From: an uncultured virus (IMG/VR IMGVR_UViG_3300024298_000009)
Lineage: Duplodnaviria; Heunggongvirae; Uroviricota; Caudoviricetes
IMG/VR virus record: IMGVR_UViG_3300024298_000009
Length of the DNA stretch: 64,000 nt
Direction: 5' to 3' (one strand)
Part shown: positions 9,370 through 18,927 of the stretch, piece by piece
Numbering within the stretch: position 1 is the first letter of the stretch
Layout of the letters: the number at the start of each line of letters is the position of its first letter
Program-made: the position numbers and the translations under genes
Notes under the pieces: generated by a model
Databases searched by the model: none
What the model was told of the DNA's origin: nothing
Seen by the model: the letters and a program-made list of their open reading frames with translations, nothing else

Positions 9370-11626
9370 ATTGTGTTTTTAACCAATCAAAATCATTAAT
9401 TTTTGCAAGGGCTTCTGGATTGTTTTTATTTTCTTCTCCGTACTTACGTCCTGCAATTGCACCGCTAAGTGCATCATTAGCAAATTTGTCTTTTGCTACA
9501 GAACACCATATGTCTAATCTCTTTTGTGTTTCCTCATCAACTTGTCCAGCAATTGTTCTACTAGAAAGTTTTACACATTCTCTAAATGCCGATTTCCAAG
9601 TATTAAAAGGATCTGTATTGAATGCAGATATATTACTGACTTCCGGCATTGCTTTAAATTTTTTACTAATCGATGTTGTCATGTCGGCTGTATTTACATC
9701 CATATCTAATGTTAATTTTCTTGGTAATAGTTTTACTCCACCATAACCATATATTAAATCATTTATTGGATTTTTACTTCTCCACACATGAACAACATCT
9801 TTTTCGTATCGCGTTGCCTGATGATTAAAATTAAAATCATCTATTATATGTGCATCGGCATCAACAACCCAGAACATGTCTGTTGTGGCAAGTTCAGCTG
9901 CCTTTATATGCGCTTGATGAATACCTTTAACACCATGTACTCGTTTAGCTCTTGGAAATTTGTTAATTAGTTTATTATAATTTTCTTCAGCATTAGGTTC
10001 GTTATAACTTACAAATATTATATCATAGTCTTTATGCTTAGAAACAACTTGTTCATATTGTTTTTTATTAATTAAAAACCTAAAATCAATTTCTTTAGGA
10101 CTAACTGGCGTTGATGTAGACATTAACATCAATCCGTTATATGTTAATTCGTTTCTAAATTTATGCTGAAATACATGATTGATATTTCTATCATAATCAT
10201 ATACGCCATTATTAGGTTCAAAATATAAATTAAAAATTTCAGAATCAATAATTTCTATTTCAGGCCAAATTGCCCAGAATAAAGGTTGAGATTCGGTGTC
10301 TATAATTTGTTTGTAATCGTCATAAGTATCAATATTGTAAACAGGATACGCATAACGACTTGCTACAAAATTATGTTCTTTTTTATCAATTAAAAATCTT
10401 CTATTAAATTCTTTTTTAGATATGATTTTTTCTTTAGAAAATAATACTACACCGTTTAGAAAAGATTCTTTGTCGTTACATAAATTTTTAAAAACATGAT
10501 TTTCTTTTCTATCATAATCAAATGCCCCACTATTTGGATCAAAATACAAATCAAATAGTTTATCATCTAATATTTTAATTTCTGGCCATACACACCAAAA
10601 CATATTTTGAGATTCAGTTTTACATATATCTAAATATTGCTCGTAAGATGTGATTGTATATATAGGATATTGAAATTTACTAGCGATTATATTATATTCT
10701 TTTTTATCAGTAGGATATTGTTTATCAAACTCTTCTTGTGTTAAAGGTTTAAATTTGCTGCATAACAAAATTCCGCTTAGGTAAGATTCGTCGTAATTAC
10801 ACAAATTTTTAAAAACATGATTTTCTCTTCTGTCATAGGTATTGTGATGGCTAAAATATAAATCAAAAATTTCATTGTTAATAATTTTTACCTCAGGCCA
10901 CACAATCCAAAACATATCGTCTGTAATTTGTTTATACTCATCAAATGTTTTAGGAGAATAGATGTTGTATTGTTTTGGAATACTAGCAACAATATCTATT
11001 TCTTTTTTTTCTGCAAAAAATCTATGATAAAATTCTCTCTTAGAAACTTTTACATTTTTTGGAAATAAGCAAATGCCGTCAAAAAATTCTCCATTTTTAA
11101 AAATATGAACAATATTAGAATTATGCTTAGGAACTTTATAATTAAATTTAAAATCTTCTTTGACATTTACATCAGGCCAAATTGCCCAAAACATGTCTGT
11201 ACTTGATTGTTCAACAGCGTTTAGATAATCATCGTAAGTTGTAATATTAAATTTATCATATCCTAGTGGAATACTAGCAACAATATCTATTTCTTTTTTA
11301 TCTGTAAAAAACCGATTATCAAATTCTCTTTGAGAAATTGTAACTGACTTAGGAAATAAACAAACTCCGTCGTAATGATCACTATTTTTAAATACATGAA
11401 CATACATATCGTCCCACTGGGTAGCTCTGTATGTGTTTAAATTAAGATTGTCTAATAAGGTAAGGTCGTCCCACACAACCCAAAACATTTTAGTAAATGC
11501 TTGTTTTTTTAATTGATCAAAAGAATTTATGTTTTCAAATTTTCTAGCTGTGGGATATTTTGACTTGACTGAGTTCCAGTTATAGTCGTTAATGGAATTT
11601 TTTGAAACATAAAAAATATCATACAT
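9359..11626 (-). CDS. glycosyltransferase-like (GT-A) protein with five degenerate N-terminal repeats
   Basis: C-terminal YDIIFVSYNEPNA...MFWVVDAD...YGYGGVKL (DxD motif), preceded by five MFWxxW-type repeats. Confidence 0.7.
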   Translation of the reverse strand: MYDIFYVSKNSINDYNWNSVKSKYPTARKFENINSFDQLKKQAFTKMFWVVWDDLTLLDNLNLNTYRATQWDDMYVHVFKNSDHYDGVCLFPKSVTISQREFDNRFFTDKKEIDIVASIPLGYDKFNITTYDDYLNAVEQSSTDMFWAIWPDVNVKEDFKFNYKVPKHNSNIVHIFKNGEFFDGICLFPKNVKVSKREFYHRFFAEKKEIDIVASIPKQYNIYSPKTFDEYKQITDDMFWIVWPEVKIINNEIFDLYFSHHNTYDRRENHVFKNLCNYDESYLSGILLCSKFKPLTQEEFDKQYPTDKKEYNIIASKFQYPIYTITSYEQYLDICKTESQNMFWCVWPEIKILDDKLFDLYFDPNSGAFDYDRKENHVFKNLCNDKESFLNGVVLFSKEKIISKKEFNRRFLIDKKEHNFVASRYAYPVYNIDTYDDYKQIIDTESQPLFWAIWPEIEIIDSEIFNLYFEPNNGVYDYDRNINHVFQHKFRNELTYNGLMLMSTSTPVSPKEIDFRFLINKKQYEQVVSKHKDYDIIFVSYNEPNAEENYNKLINKFPRAKRVHGVKGIHQAHIKAAELATTDMFWVVDADAHIIDDFNFNHQATRYEKDVVHVWRSKNPINDLIYGYGGVKLLPRKLTLDMDVNTADMTTSISKKFKAMPEVSNISAFNTDPFNTWKSAFRECVKLSSRTIAGQVDEETQKRLDIWCSVAKDKFANDALSGAIAGRKYGEENKNNPEALAKINDFDWLKTQYGI

Positions 11627-12530
11627 TTTCGGGCATTCTAAAATAAGTATCGTTTAAATTCATAGTTTCATTATATAAATCTAGTGTGTACTTGCTTTGG
11701 TTAGGATCTAAATAAGGCCAGTGCAAACCTAAACCAACTTTAATTTTTTCACCTAGGTCCTTTGTTGCATCAACTAATCCTTCACCGTTTACTTCTTCGT
11801 AGGGACGTCCATATTGATTCCAGATTCCTCTAAGAATTTCAAAATCTCTAACTTCTATATAATTCCAGTCTGTGCAATTAGCCATCCATGTTCCTAGTCT
11901 AGCACCGTATACAGCATATAGACCGTTTTCTTCGTGAGCGCCTACCGTAGACCACATACGCAGTCTATGAATGTTATGCCACCAAATGCGTTCTTGTATT
12001 TCAGCCGGAGGAACTTTGACTCCGTCGAGCAACGTCATTTTAACACCTTCACGGAATCCTGCTCTCCATGCTTGAAATGGACTTCCTGTAATAATGCTAT
12101 CACTAAAACTTAAAGGAAAGTTTTTGTATCCATCTTCCCAGCAAAAATCAACTTGTCCTCTATCGCTATCAGAATTTTCATGTGTTTTCATGTTAAGAAC
12201 AAAATCTTTTTTCCAGATTTTTAAACCACCATTACCATATCGTAGTCCATTGATAACGTTGCGGCCACACCATCCATAGACCTGTATCTTTGGATCATCC
12301 ATTTTTAAATCGAGATTAAAAAATCTTGGATCTACAATATTGTCAGCATCGACGGTAACAAACCAATCAGTGTCACTACTTTCTGCTGCGGCTTTATGTG
12401 CATGGTCTGAACCTTTAACACCGTGAATACGTTTTGCCCAAGGTACTTTATTACACAGGTCCGCATAATGCAAGTCTGCATTAGGTTCATCATAACTTAA
12501 AAATACAACATCAAATTCAATAACTTTCAT
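11619..12530 (-). CDS. glycosyltransferase-like (GT-A) protein
   Basis: FDVVFLSYDEPNA, WFVTVDADN (DxD), YGNGGLK, AWRAGFREGVK; homologous to the C-terminal domain of 9359-11626. Confidence 0.7.
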   Translation of the reverse strand: MKVIEFDVVFLSYDEPNADLHYADLCNKVPWAKRIHGVKGSDHAHKAAAESSDTDWFVTVDADNIVDPRFFNLDLKMDDPKIQVYGWCGRNVINGLRYGNGGLKIWKKDFVLNMKTHENSDSDRGQVDFCWEDGYKNFPLSFSDSIITGSPFQAWRAGFREGVKMTLLDGVKVPPAEIQERIWWHNIHRLRMWSTVGAHEENGLYAVYGARLGTWMANCTDWNYIEVRDFEILRGIWNQYGRPYEEVNGEGLVDATKDLGEKIKVGLGLHWPYLDPNQSKYTLDLYNETMNLNDTYFRMPENV

Positions 12531-13123
12531 TTTGTCTCGATCACGTATTTGGGGAATAATCTTCTTGTGTAAACACTAAATCTACCTTCTAAAGGTAAAC
12601 CGGTTAGTGAAATTTGTTTTTCTGTTAAATCACTGATACTAAATTTTACTATAAATCTAACAATATTTGGATCGTTATATTCTGTAATAAAAAAACAAAG
12701 CTCGGTACTTCCGTCCCAGTGAATCTTTCTTTTTAATTCTCTATACTTAGGAGAAAGGTCAAAAACTAATTTGTCTGTTCCTTCTACATAGGAAACAATT
12801 ACATCGGGGTCTTCTACATCAGACCATTTTTTATCAACAATCCTATGGAGCACATCGTCTATCTTTATAAGACTTCTTATTTCTGCAATTTCAAATTTGC
12901 CTGAGCTAATATCAACAAAACACGAATTTAATTTTAATGCGCCTTCATTAATTAATTGTGCTGTTTCTTGATCAATTTCTACAACATTTTTTTGATCTGT
13001 TAGAGCGTGTGACGGATACACTCCTGTTACATCGCCTGTATTAGGATCAAATGCAGCGTAAAATTTTACTTCTGGCGGTTTATAATTTGCTAACCATTCG
13101 TCAAAGTCTATTATTTCTGCCAT
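12527..13123 (-). CDS. hypothetical protein in the glycosyltransferase cluster
   Basis: 198-aa ORF overlapping both neighbours. Confidence 0.8.
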   Translation of the reverse strand: MAEIIDFDEWLANYKPPEVKFYAAFDPNTGDVTGVYPSHALTDQKNVVEIDQETAQLINEGALKLNSCFVDISSGKFEIAEIRSLIKIDDVLHRIVDKKWSDVEDPDVIVSYVEGTDKLVFDLSPKYRELKRKIHWDGSTELCFFITEYNDPNIVRFIVKFSISDLTEKQISLTGLPLEGRFSVYTRRLFPKYVIETK

Positions 13124-13950
13124 AATTTCTCTTCCTGTATGCTGATAATTTCATCTGTAATCAATTCTTTTTCAACATAATGAACTACATCATATTGTCT
13201 ATAATTTCCAATCTTAAGTTCGTTGTTTACATTGAAATAAAATCCTACATGATCTGTGTATCTATCTGACGGCCATGGCCAATTTTGAATCATTGGCTTC
13301 ATGTGAACAATTTTAGGAAAATCTAAATCATATGCAATTTGATCAGTAATATCTAAAATTTTAGATGATAATGCAAATGCTTCATCGGTTCCAATTACTT
13401 TAGGTTTAAAATCTGGAAAGAAAGTATTTTTAAATTCGTTAGGATTTTTTATAATATGTCTTGCTAAGGTAAAAAATTCTTTTGCTAGTTCGCTATCTTT
13501 CTTAAAGAACGTATAGAAAGAATATAAATTAGGCAAATTATTTTTTACAAATGCTTTTCTATAAAAATCGCCTGTAATAACTTCTCCTCTGTATGTAAAT
13601 GCTTTGTTTGCTACATACAATTCTGAGTTATTAATAAAATATTCTGCCCAATGACTAACATCTCTTGTAAACAACATGTCAGCATCTAAACATATTGTGT
13701 TATCCCAAGGTGTTAAATGATCCATCCATGATCGACCGTCCCATCCCTTTTCTTTGTTCCAAGGAATTACTTTATCAAATACCCAAGGACTTTTTAATTG
13801 TTCTACAGCAGAAACATCATCTGTAACTAAAGCTACATTATTATAACCCCACTTCTGTGTATTTTTAATACTTAATGCCAAAGAATAGGCTAATTTTGTG
13901 TAGTCAATTGTTTCGTGTTTGGCAACTACAATTAAATATCCAAATGTCAT
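13111..13950 (-). CDS. GT8-like nucleotide-diphospho-sugar transferase
   Basis: ALSIK, ALVTD, TPWDNTICLDADML (DxD). Confidence 0.7.
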   Translation of the reverse strand: MTFGYLIVVAKHETIDYTKLAYSLALSIKNTQKWGYNNVALVTDDVSAVEQLKSPWVFDKVIPWNKEKGWDGRSWMDHLTPWDNTICLDADMLFTRDVSHWAEYFINNSELYVANKAFTYRGEVITGDFYRKAFVKNNLPNLYSFYTFFKKDSELAKEFFTLARHIIKNPNEFKNTFFPDFKPKVIGTDEAFALSSKILDITDQIAYDLDFPKIVHMKPMIQNWPWPSDRYTDHVGFYFNVNNELKIGNYRQYDVVHYVEKELITDEIISIQEEKLWQK

Positions 13951-14807
13951 ATTAACTCCAACAATTTATCTTTATTTCTAACAATGCTTTGTTTATTCAT
14001 TACATGAACATCGGTATTATTAATAGAACATGCTGTAAATGCTTCTTGATTTAAAGGATCATTTATTAGGAAGTATAATTTATTTCCCTTAACATCGGCT
14101 AACATATCTTTATCAGTTGTAGTTAATAATGACGGTAAAGCATTTGAAGTATCTGTTGTAAAACCTTCTAAGAAATGTTTTGCAACGCTGAAAGAAATAT
14201 CGTTTCTATACTGATGAGGATTAAATCTGTAAATGTCACCGTATTGTTCGTAGTTGTTTCGAATATGTTTTACATATTCAAAAAATGTTTTGCTTTCCTC
14301 GTTTTTTGTAAAAATGACAGCGGTAGCCCAAAACAAATGAACTCCTGTTTCAGATACATGTTTATCTAAGAAACCAATTCGATCACCTCTAATATCATTC
14401 ATAGATTTTGATATTAAAATACTTTCATCAATATCCCAATAATTATTCAGGGCGTTAGAAAAAATCAAATAATCGCTATCTAGAAGAAGTGTTCTATCAT
14501 ATGGTGTTAGATCCCATACCGATGCTCTATCGGCATTAATGAAAGGAATTGTTTTCGATTCGTTACCGTCATTTAAACGTCTTGTGTTCAGAGTTTCTGG
14601 ACGTGGGGTAGAAATAATGTTTTCAAAAACGTCATTTGCTTTATCCCAAATATTTGAAGTCTTCATCCATTCAATTGTAGCATCATCTGTTACTAAAGTA
14701 AACGGAATTTCAAGATTCTTTTTTGCAAGGCCACCAGAAATCACTGCCAATAAAGCATAGTCAACTTCTCTGCTATTATGAGCAAAAATTAGGCCGCCTT
14801 TTTTCAT
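13947..14807 (-). CDS. GT8-like nucleotide-diphospho-sugar transferase
   Basis: TLVTD, TPYDRTLLLDSDY (DxD), YRNDISFSVA, HVMNK. Confidence 0.7.
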   Translation of the reverse strand: MKKGGLIFAHNSREVDYALLAVISGGLAKKNLEIPFTLVTDDATIEWMKTSNIWDKANDVFENIISTPRPETLNTRRLNDGNESKTIPFINADRASVWDLTPYDRTLLLDSDYLIFSNALNNYWDIDESILISKSMNDIRGDRIGFLDKHVSETGVHLFWATAVIFTKNEESKTFFEYVKHIRNNYEQYGDIYRFNPHQYRNDISFSVAKHFLEGFTTDTSNALPSLLTTTDKDMLADVKGNKLYFLINDPLNQEAFTACSINNTDVHVMNKQSIVRNKDKLLELI

Positions 14808-15154
14808 AGATCCACCAATGCTTCTACAGAACGAGCTTTTTTAATCACTTCGTATTCTTGATAATATTCGTTGGTCGCTGTAAAGTATCTGTCAAAAATT
14901 TCATCTTTGAATTTTGACAAATCATTAACTAAAACAGGATTGTCGTTTGCGTCGATAAGAACTACATCTGTAGATCTATCTTGATCAATTAAAAATTGAA
15001 CAAAATTAATTAATTCTCTGTTAATTTTAAAAATACCGCCATTGAATCCAAAAGTTAATTTTGCATCAACTTTTTCTTTTAACGCTTTGCGTTGAATGGC
15101 TAGAGATTGCTTATAGTTTGAAAACTCTAAGGCTTTTGTTAATAAAGATTCCAT
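14804..15154 (-). CDS. hypothetical protein, first gene of the modification operon
   Basis: 116-aa ORF with GGGAG Shine-Dalgarno and upstream TAAATA (15182-15187). Confidence 0.8.
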   Translation of the reverse strand: MESLLTKALEFSNYKQSLAIQRKALKEKVDAKLTFGFNGGIFKINRELINFVQFLIDQDRSTDVVLIDANDNPVLVNDLSKFKDEIFDRYFTATNEYYQEYEVIKKARSVEALVDL

Positions 15155-15181
15155 ACATACTCCCTAATAATATGAGTATAT

Positions 15182-15187
15182 TATTTA
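15182..15187 (-). promoter_or_regulatory. late promoter core TAAATA ahead of the GT/radical-SAM operon
   Basis: tattta on + strand in the 15155-15212 gap. Confidence 0.55.
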
Positions 15188-15212
15188 TGTGGGGTATAGA
15201 TGGGGTGAAAAA

Positions 15213-16118
15213 TTATGCTATGGTGCTAGGTGCAGCATAAGCAGGAGAAGGAGCATTAAAACTCTGAGGTGTTAAATTTGGATATAAAGCTCCGGACGCT
15301 CTAACATGGGTTATGGTCCAGGACATTGTTCCGTTAACTGCATCTCCAGGGGGAGGAAATCCGGGATCAGTATATCCGTCAATCCATCTAGATCTAAAAG
15401 TTATAGATGTTGCGCCGCCTGAATTATTATTACCAATATTACATAATACATCTATTTGCCATCTATTAGATGAATATGGAGATGATGATGAAAGTTGATA
15501 AAATGTTTGATAAGAATTGGTTAAAGTATAAAAATTAACTGCGGGAGAATTACCCCCAAACACAGCAGGACTTGCAGATGTTGCAGATAAAGTAGTGTTC
15601 CAAGAATTATCTTGTTGTGTAGGAGAAGCACCTTGAGTAAATGCTGAAGTAAATCTTATTTTTCCGCCAGAATTAAAAAAATATCTTGCTTGATCAGCAC
15701 TTGTAAATGATATTGTACAGGTACTTGCTACCTCGCCACTAAAAGAAACAGAGTTAGATCTTGATGTTCCTGCTTCAGTAACATACTGACCTGTTCCTAA
15801 ATCAAAACGATTTGTTTCTGCTAACGATGCTAATGTGCTATATTGATAATTTGGCTGATCAGCTGCATATCTAAGTAATTCGCCTTCGTTAATTGTAGTT
15901 ATTGTTGGAACTGAACCTGATTGATGCACTATTGCATTAACTACATCAAATCTTAAATTATCCCATTGTGTCTTTGTAACAGCATCGCCAGTTGCAACCA
16001 ACGAAGATTGTAAGGCCTGCCCGTATCCAAGTGTGGCTGACCCGGTAGACATTACTCCAGAAATTTTATTTCTAATATTGTTATAATCCGGTACGCTAAT
16101 ATAATCATAGGCCGCCAT
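15213..16118 (-). CDS. putative virion structural protein, paralog of 16147-17049
   Basis: Ser/Thr/Gly-rich; shares DYNNIR.KI..VM.TG...GYGQ, QWD.LRFD, FFNSGGKIR and W.D.YTDP with its neighbour. Confidence 0.65.
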   Translation of the reverse strand: MAAYDYISVPDYNNIRNKISGVMSTGSATLGYGQALQSSLVATGDAVTKTQWDNLRFDVVNAIVHQSGSVPTITTINEGELLRYAADQPNYQYSTLASLAETNRFDLGTGQYVTEAGTSRSNSVSFSGEVASTCTISFTSADQARYFFNSGGKIRFTSAFTQGASPTQQDNSWNTTLSATSASPAVFGGNSPAVNFYTLTNSYQTFYQLSSSSPYSSNRWQIDVLCNIGNNNSGGATSITFRSRWIDGYTDPGFPPPGDAVNGTMSWTITHVRASGALYPNLTPQSFNAPSPAYAAPSTIA

Positions 16119-16135
16119 TAAATTCCTCCGTTAGG

Positions 16136-16141
16136 TATTTA
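16136..16141 (-). promoter_or_regulatory. late promoter core TAAATA
   Basis: In the 28-nt gap ahead of ORF 16118, which has a GGAGG Shine-Dalgarno. Confidence 0.55.
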
Positions 16142-16146
16142 AACAA

Positions 16147-17049
16147 TTACGAGCCTGCAATTGCAGATATTGAATAACTTGTTGGACTTGTGATTGTAAA
16201 AGAACCAGAAGGTAACAGGGTTCCCGAAGCTTTAATTTCTTCGATAGTTAATGTTAATGTTCCGTCAACACTATCGCCCGGTGGAGGAGGATTTCCAGGA
16301 CTTGGATCAGTATATGAATCAAGCCAAGTAATTCTAAATGTTAATTGATTAGTTGTTCCGCCAGAATTATCAGCAACATTACACTTTACATCAATTGTAT
16401 ATCTATTTGATGCATACGGTGATGACGATGTAGATGTATAGAATGTTTGGTAACTATTTGTCAATTGATAAAAAGACACTCCGGACGAACTTACTGAAAA
16501 ATCTCGTGAACCTACTGCGCTAAGTAGGCTAGTCCAGGCAGCATTTTGAGCAGTAGAGGATCCGCCAGTTCTTGAAGAATATAATCGAATTTTTCCGCCA
16601 GAATTAAAAAAGAACCTACACTGGTCAACCGTTCCAAAATCAACAACTACATTTGACGACACGCTATTAGCCCATGCCGAGGATCTAGAAACATCCCCTG
16701 CTGCTAATGTATGAAATTGTCCTGCTCCAATTGAAAATCTATCAGTTCTTGCTTGTTCAGCAATAGTATTATACTGATAATTTGGATGATCAGCATCGTA
16801 ACGTATTGGATCAGTTGTTTGAATTTCTCTAATTGTTGGGAGTGTGCCAGTTTGATGTAATCTAGCGTTAACAATATCAAATCGAAGATAATCCCACTGA
16901 GCTTTGGTTACTTTTTCTTGAACTACTGCTGTGCTAGCAATTACTTGTCCGTACCCGTAAGTTCCGGCACCGGTACCCATTACCTCAATTATCTTGTCTC
17001 GAATATTATTATAATCTGATGCAAGAATCTGTGTTCCAACGCCTGCCAT
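16147..17049 (-). CDS. putative virion structural protein, paralog of 15213-16118
   Basis: Same motifs as its neighbour; lies directly after the fibre genes. Confidence 0.65.
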   Translation of the reverse strand: MAGVGTQILASDYNNIRDKIIEVMGTGAGTYGYGQVIASTAVVQEKVTKAQWDYLRFDIVNARLHQTGTLPTIREIQTTDPIRYDADHPNYQYNTIAEQARTDRFSIGAGQFHTLAAGDVSRSSAWANSVSSNVVVDFGTVDQCRFFFNSGGKIRLYSSRTGGSSTAQNAAWTSLLSAVGSRDFSVSSSGVSFYQLTNSYQTFYTSTSSSPYASNRYTIDVKCNVADNSGGTTNQLTFRITWLDSYTDPSPGNPPPPGDSVDGTLTLTIEEIKASGTLLPSGSFTITSPTSYSISAIAGS

Positions 17050-17058
17050 TTTTAATCC

Positions 17059-18885
17059 TTATAATATAACCGCTTCTATTAATTTAACAGAAGTTTCGTT
17101 GTTTGTTTCTAATGCAATAGCAAATACATCATTTGCATGTGGGACTCCAGCTACTGCTGTTCCATCATTTCCTGCTATTAGGCGTTGTCCTTTTTTAACT
17201 GCGCCTGTTACTTTAACTGGAACGCGACCTTTAAGAGCAATATATGTTCCGCCTTCTAGATCTTTATTCATCATAAACGCTGGATTTGTACTTACTACAC
17301 CAATAGCACGTTGTCCCCACTGACAGGCTTCTACTTCGTGGTCGCCATGTTCGCAAACAGAAACAACCGTGCCAGGCTCGTATTCTTTATCTGTTAAGTA
17401 TTTTTCTGCTAGGTCAGCATATCGAGCTGCGGTTGCTGTACCATCAAATAAAACTGCTGATAAGTTTCCGCTACCATCACGTGCTGCAATTGAATTTGCA
17501 ACCGCTGTAGTTTTAGCTGTTCTATAAGTTGCATCTGTATCAACTGCTAAATTATCAATTTTTAAACGGTCTGCAAGTAAAGCAGTTCCTTGAAAGGTTG
17601 TACCGTAAATATTTCCTTCGGAATCTCTAACTACTACGGTATCAGGAGATGTTGAAATACTTGGACTATAAGATCCCAATTTACTTGCAGTTTGGGCTGA
17701 TCCTGTTACTTCACCTACTAAATCTCCGTAAACTAAACTACGCTGACTTGGAGTACCTAATGTTCCATAAAATGTTTTAGTTTCTGGGTCAAAGGCTTCA
17801 GTTTCGTCACTGGCATATACTGCACCGATGTGTGTACCTGTTGTATTTCCTGTAACGTTACCAGTTAATGCACCGTAAATATCTGTAGAATAAATTTGTC
17901 CCCAACGTTTTGATGCTGATCCAAGATATAAATTACCATCTGAGCCTGGATATACTCCGCTAGATTTAACTTTTAATACGTTTGATTTAGTTGTTTCGTT
18001 TACACGAATTCTAAAAGTAATTGGTTGTCCTGCAATAGCTTGTTCAATAACAACTTGATCTTCGTCTCTTAACGGATTACCACCAACTTCATTGTAAAAA
18101 GGATCTTGTGTTTCAACAAATACTAGTAAGTCATCGCTATCGCCTACGGTAATTCCTGCATCAGGAAAAGCAATTTGTTCTGTAAATCTTAAATCACCTT
18201 TGGTTAAAAACTGATCTGCTGCAATTCCGTTTAATTTTAACGAGTTACTTGCTGTACCCCAGAAGTAATATTGCGATGATGCAGTAGTTACTCCAGTTAA
18301 ACTATCAGTGTTGACTAAAGTAATACCCTTTTTAATTCTGCTAAATCCGGTAATAGGATTAACTGATCCTAAAACAAAATCTGTTTTACTTGCAATAGCA
18401 ATTGTGTCGCCACCTGAAACTAATTTAACAATAGTTTGTGGGCCGCCGGTGTTGTCTTGTACTACTTGACCTACTGCTGCTGAAGTACCAAATTCCGGAG
18501 CGGCTGCTGGTCCAATTAAAACATACTCTGTTCCGCTCCATGTGTATAGTTGATTTGCACTTTCGTCAAACCAAAAATCACCCTTAGCTAATCCAGTTGG
18601 AGCACTTGCGCTAACTTCAGCACCGCTGGCAACTTTAAATCGAGAGCCGTCGTAAAATTTTAACTTTTTAGTAGAGCTATCATACCAAATTTGTCCGGTG
18701 ATTGCCTTGGGCGGAGCCGATGTATTAGAAAAATTCTGTAAAAGATGTAAAAAATTCTCGTTTTGTACTTCGCCATAACCGGCGTAGTTCTTACCTACGA
18801 AACGTAAATCCGTAGTTGTATCAATCGTACCATCTTCTACAGATACTAAAAACGTTCCGTTAAAATTATCAACTTGGTATGCCAT
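17059..18885 (-). CDS. tail fibre protein with a putative C-terminal autocleaving chaperone domain
   Basis: Shared fibre N-terminus (DGTIDTTT..GKNYAGYGE..NENF..GQIWYD); C-terminal ARYADLAE...GVVSTNPA...ALKGRVPVKV. Confidence 0.7.
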   Translation of the reverse strand: MAYQVDNFNGTFLVSVEDGTIDTTTDLRFVGKNYAGYGEVQNENFLHLLQNFSNTSAPPKAITGQIWYDSSTKKLKFYDGSRFKVASGAEVSASAPTGLAKGDFWFDESANQLYTWSGTEYVLIGPAAAPEFGTSAAVGQVVQDNTGGPQTIVKLVSGGDTIAIASKTDFVLGSVNPITGFSRIKKGITLVNTDSLTGVTTASSQYYFWGTASNSLKLNGIAADQFLTKGDLRFTEQIAFPDAGITVGDSDDLLVFVETQDPFYNEVGGNPLRDEDQVVIEQAIAGQPITFRIRVNETTKSNVLKVKSSGVYPGSDGNLYLGSASKRWGQIYSTDIYGALTGNVTGNTTGTHIGAVYASDETEAFDPETKTFYGTLGTPSQRSLVYGDLVGEVTGSAQTASKLGSYSPSISTSPDTVVVRDSEGNIYGTTFQGTALLADRLKIDNLAVDTDATYRTAKTTAVANSIAARDGSGNLSAVLFDGTATAARYADLAEKYLTDKEYEPGTVVSVCEHGDHEVEACQWGQRAIGVVSTNPAFMMNKDLEGGTYIALKGRVPVKVTGAVKKGQRLIAGNDGTAVAGVPHANDVFAIALETNNETSVKLIEAVIL

Positions 18886-18908
18886 TACCCTGCTCCATAA
18901 ACTATTAT

Positions 18909-18914
18909 TATTTA
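18909..18914 (-). promoter_or_regulatory. late promoter core TAAATA
   Basis: gaTAAATA in the gap ahead of ORF 18885. Confidence 0.55.
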
Positions 18915-18927
18915 TCTGAACCCTTTT

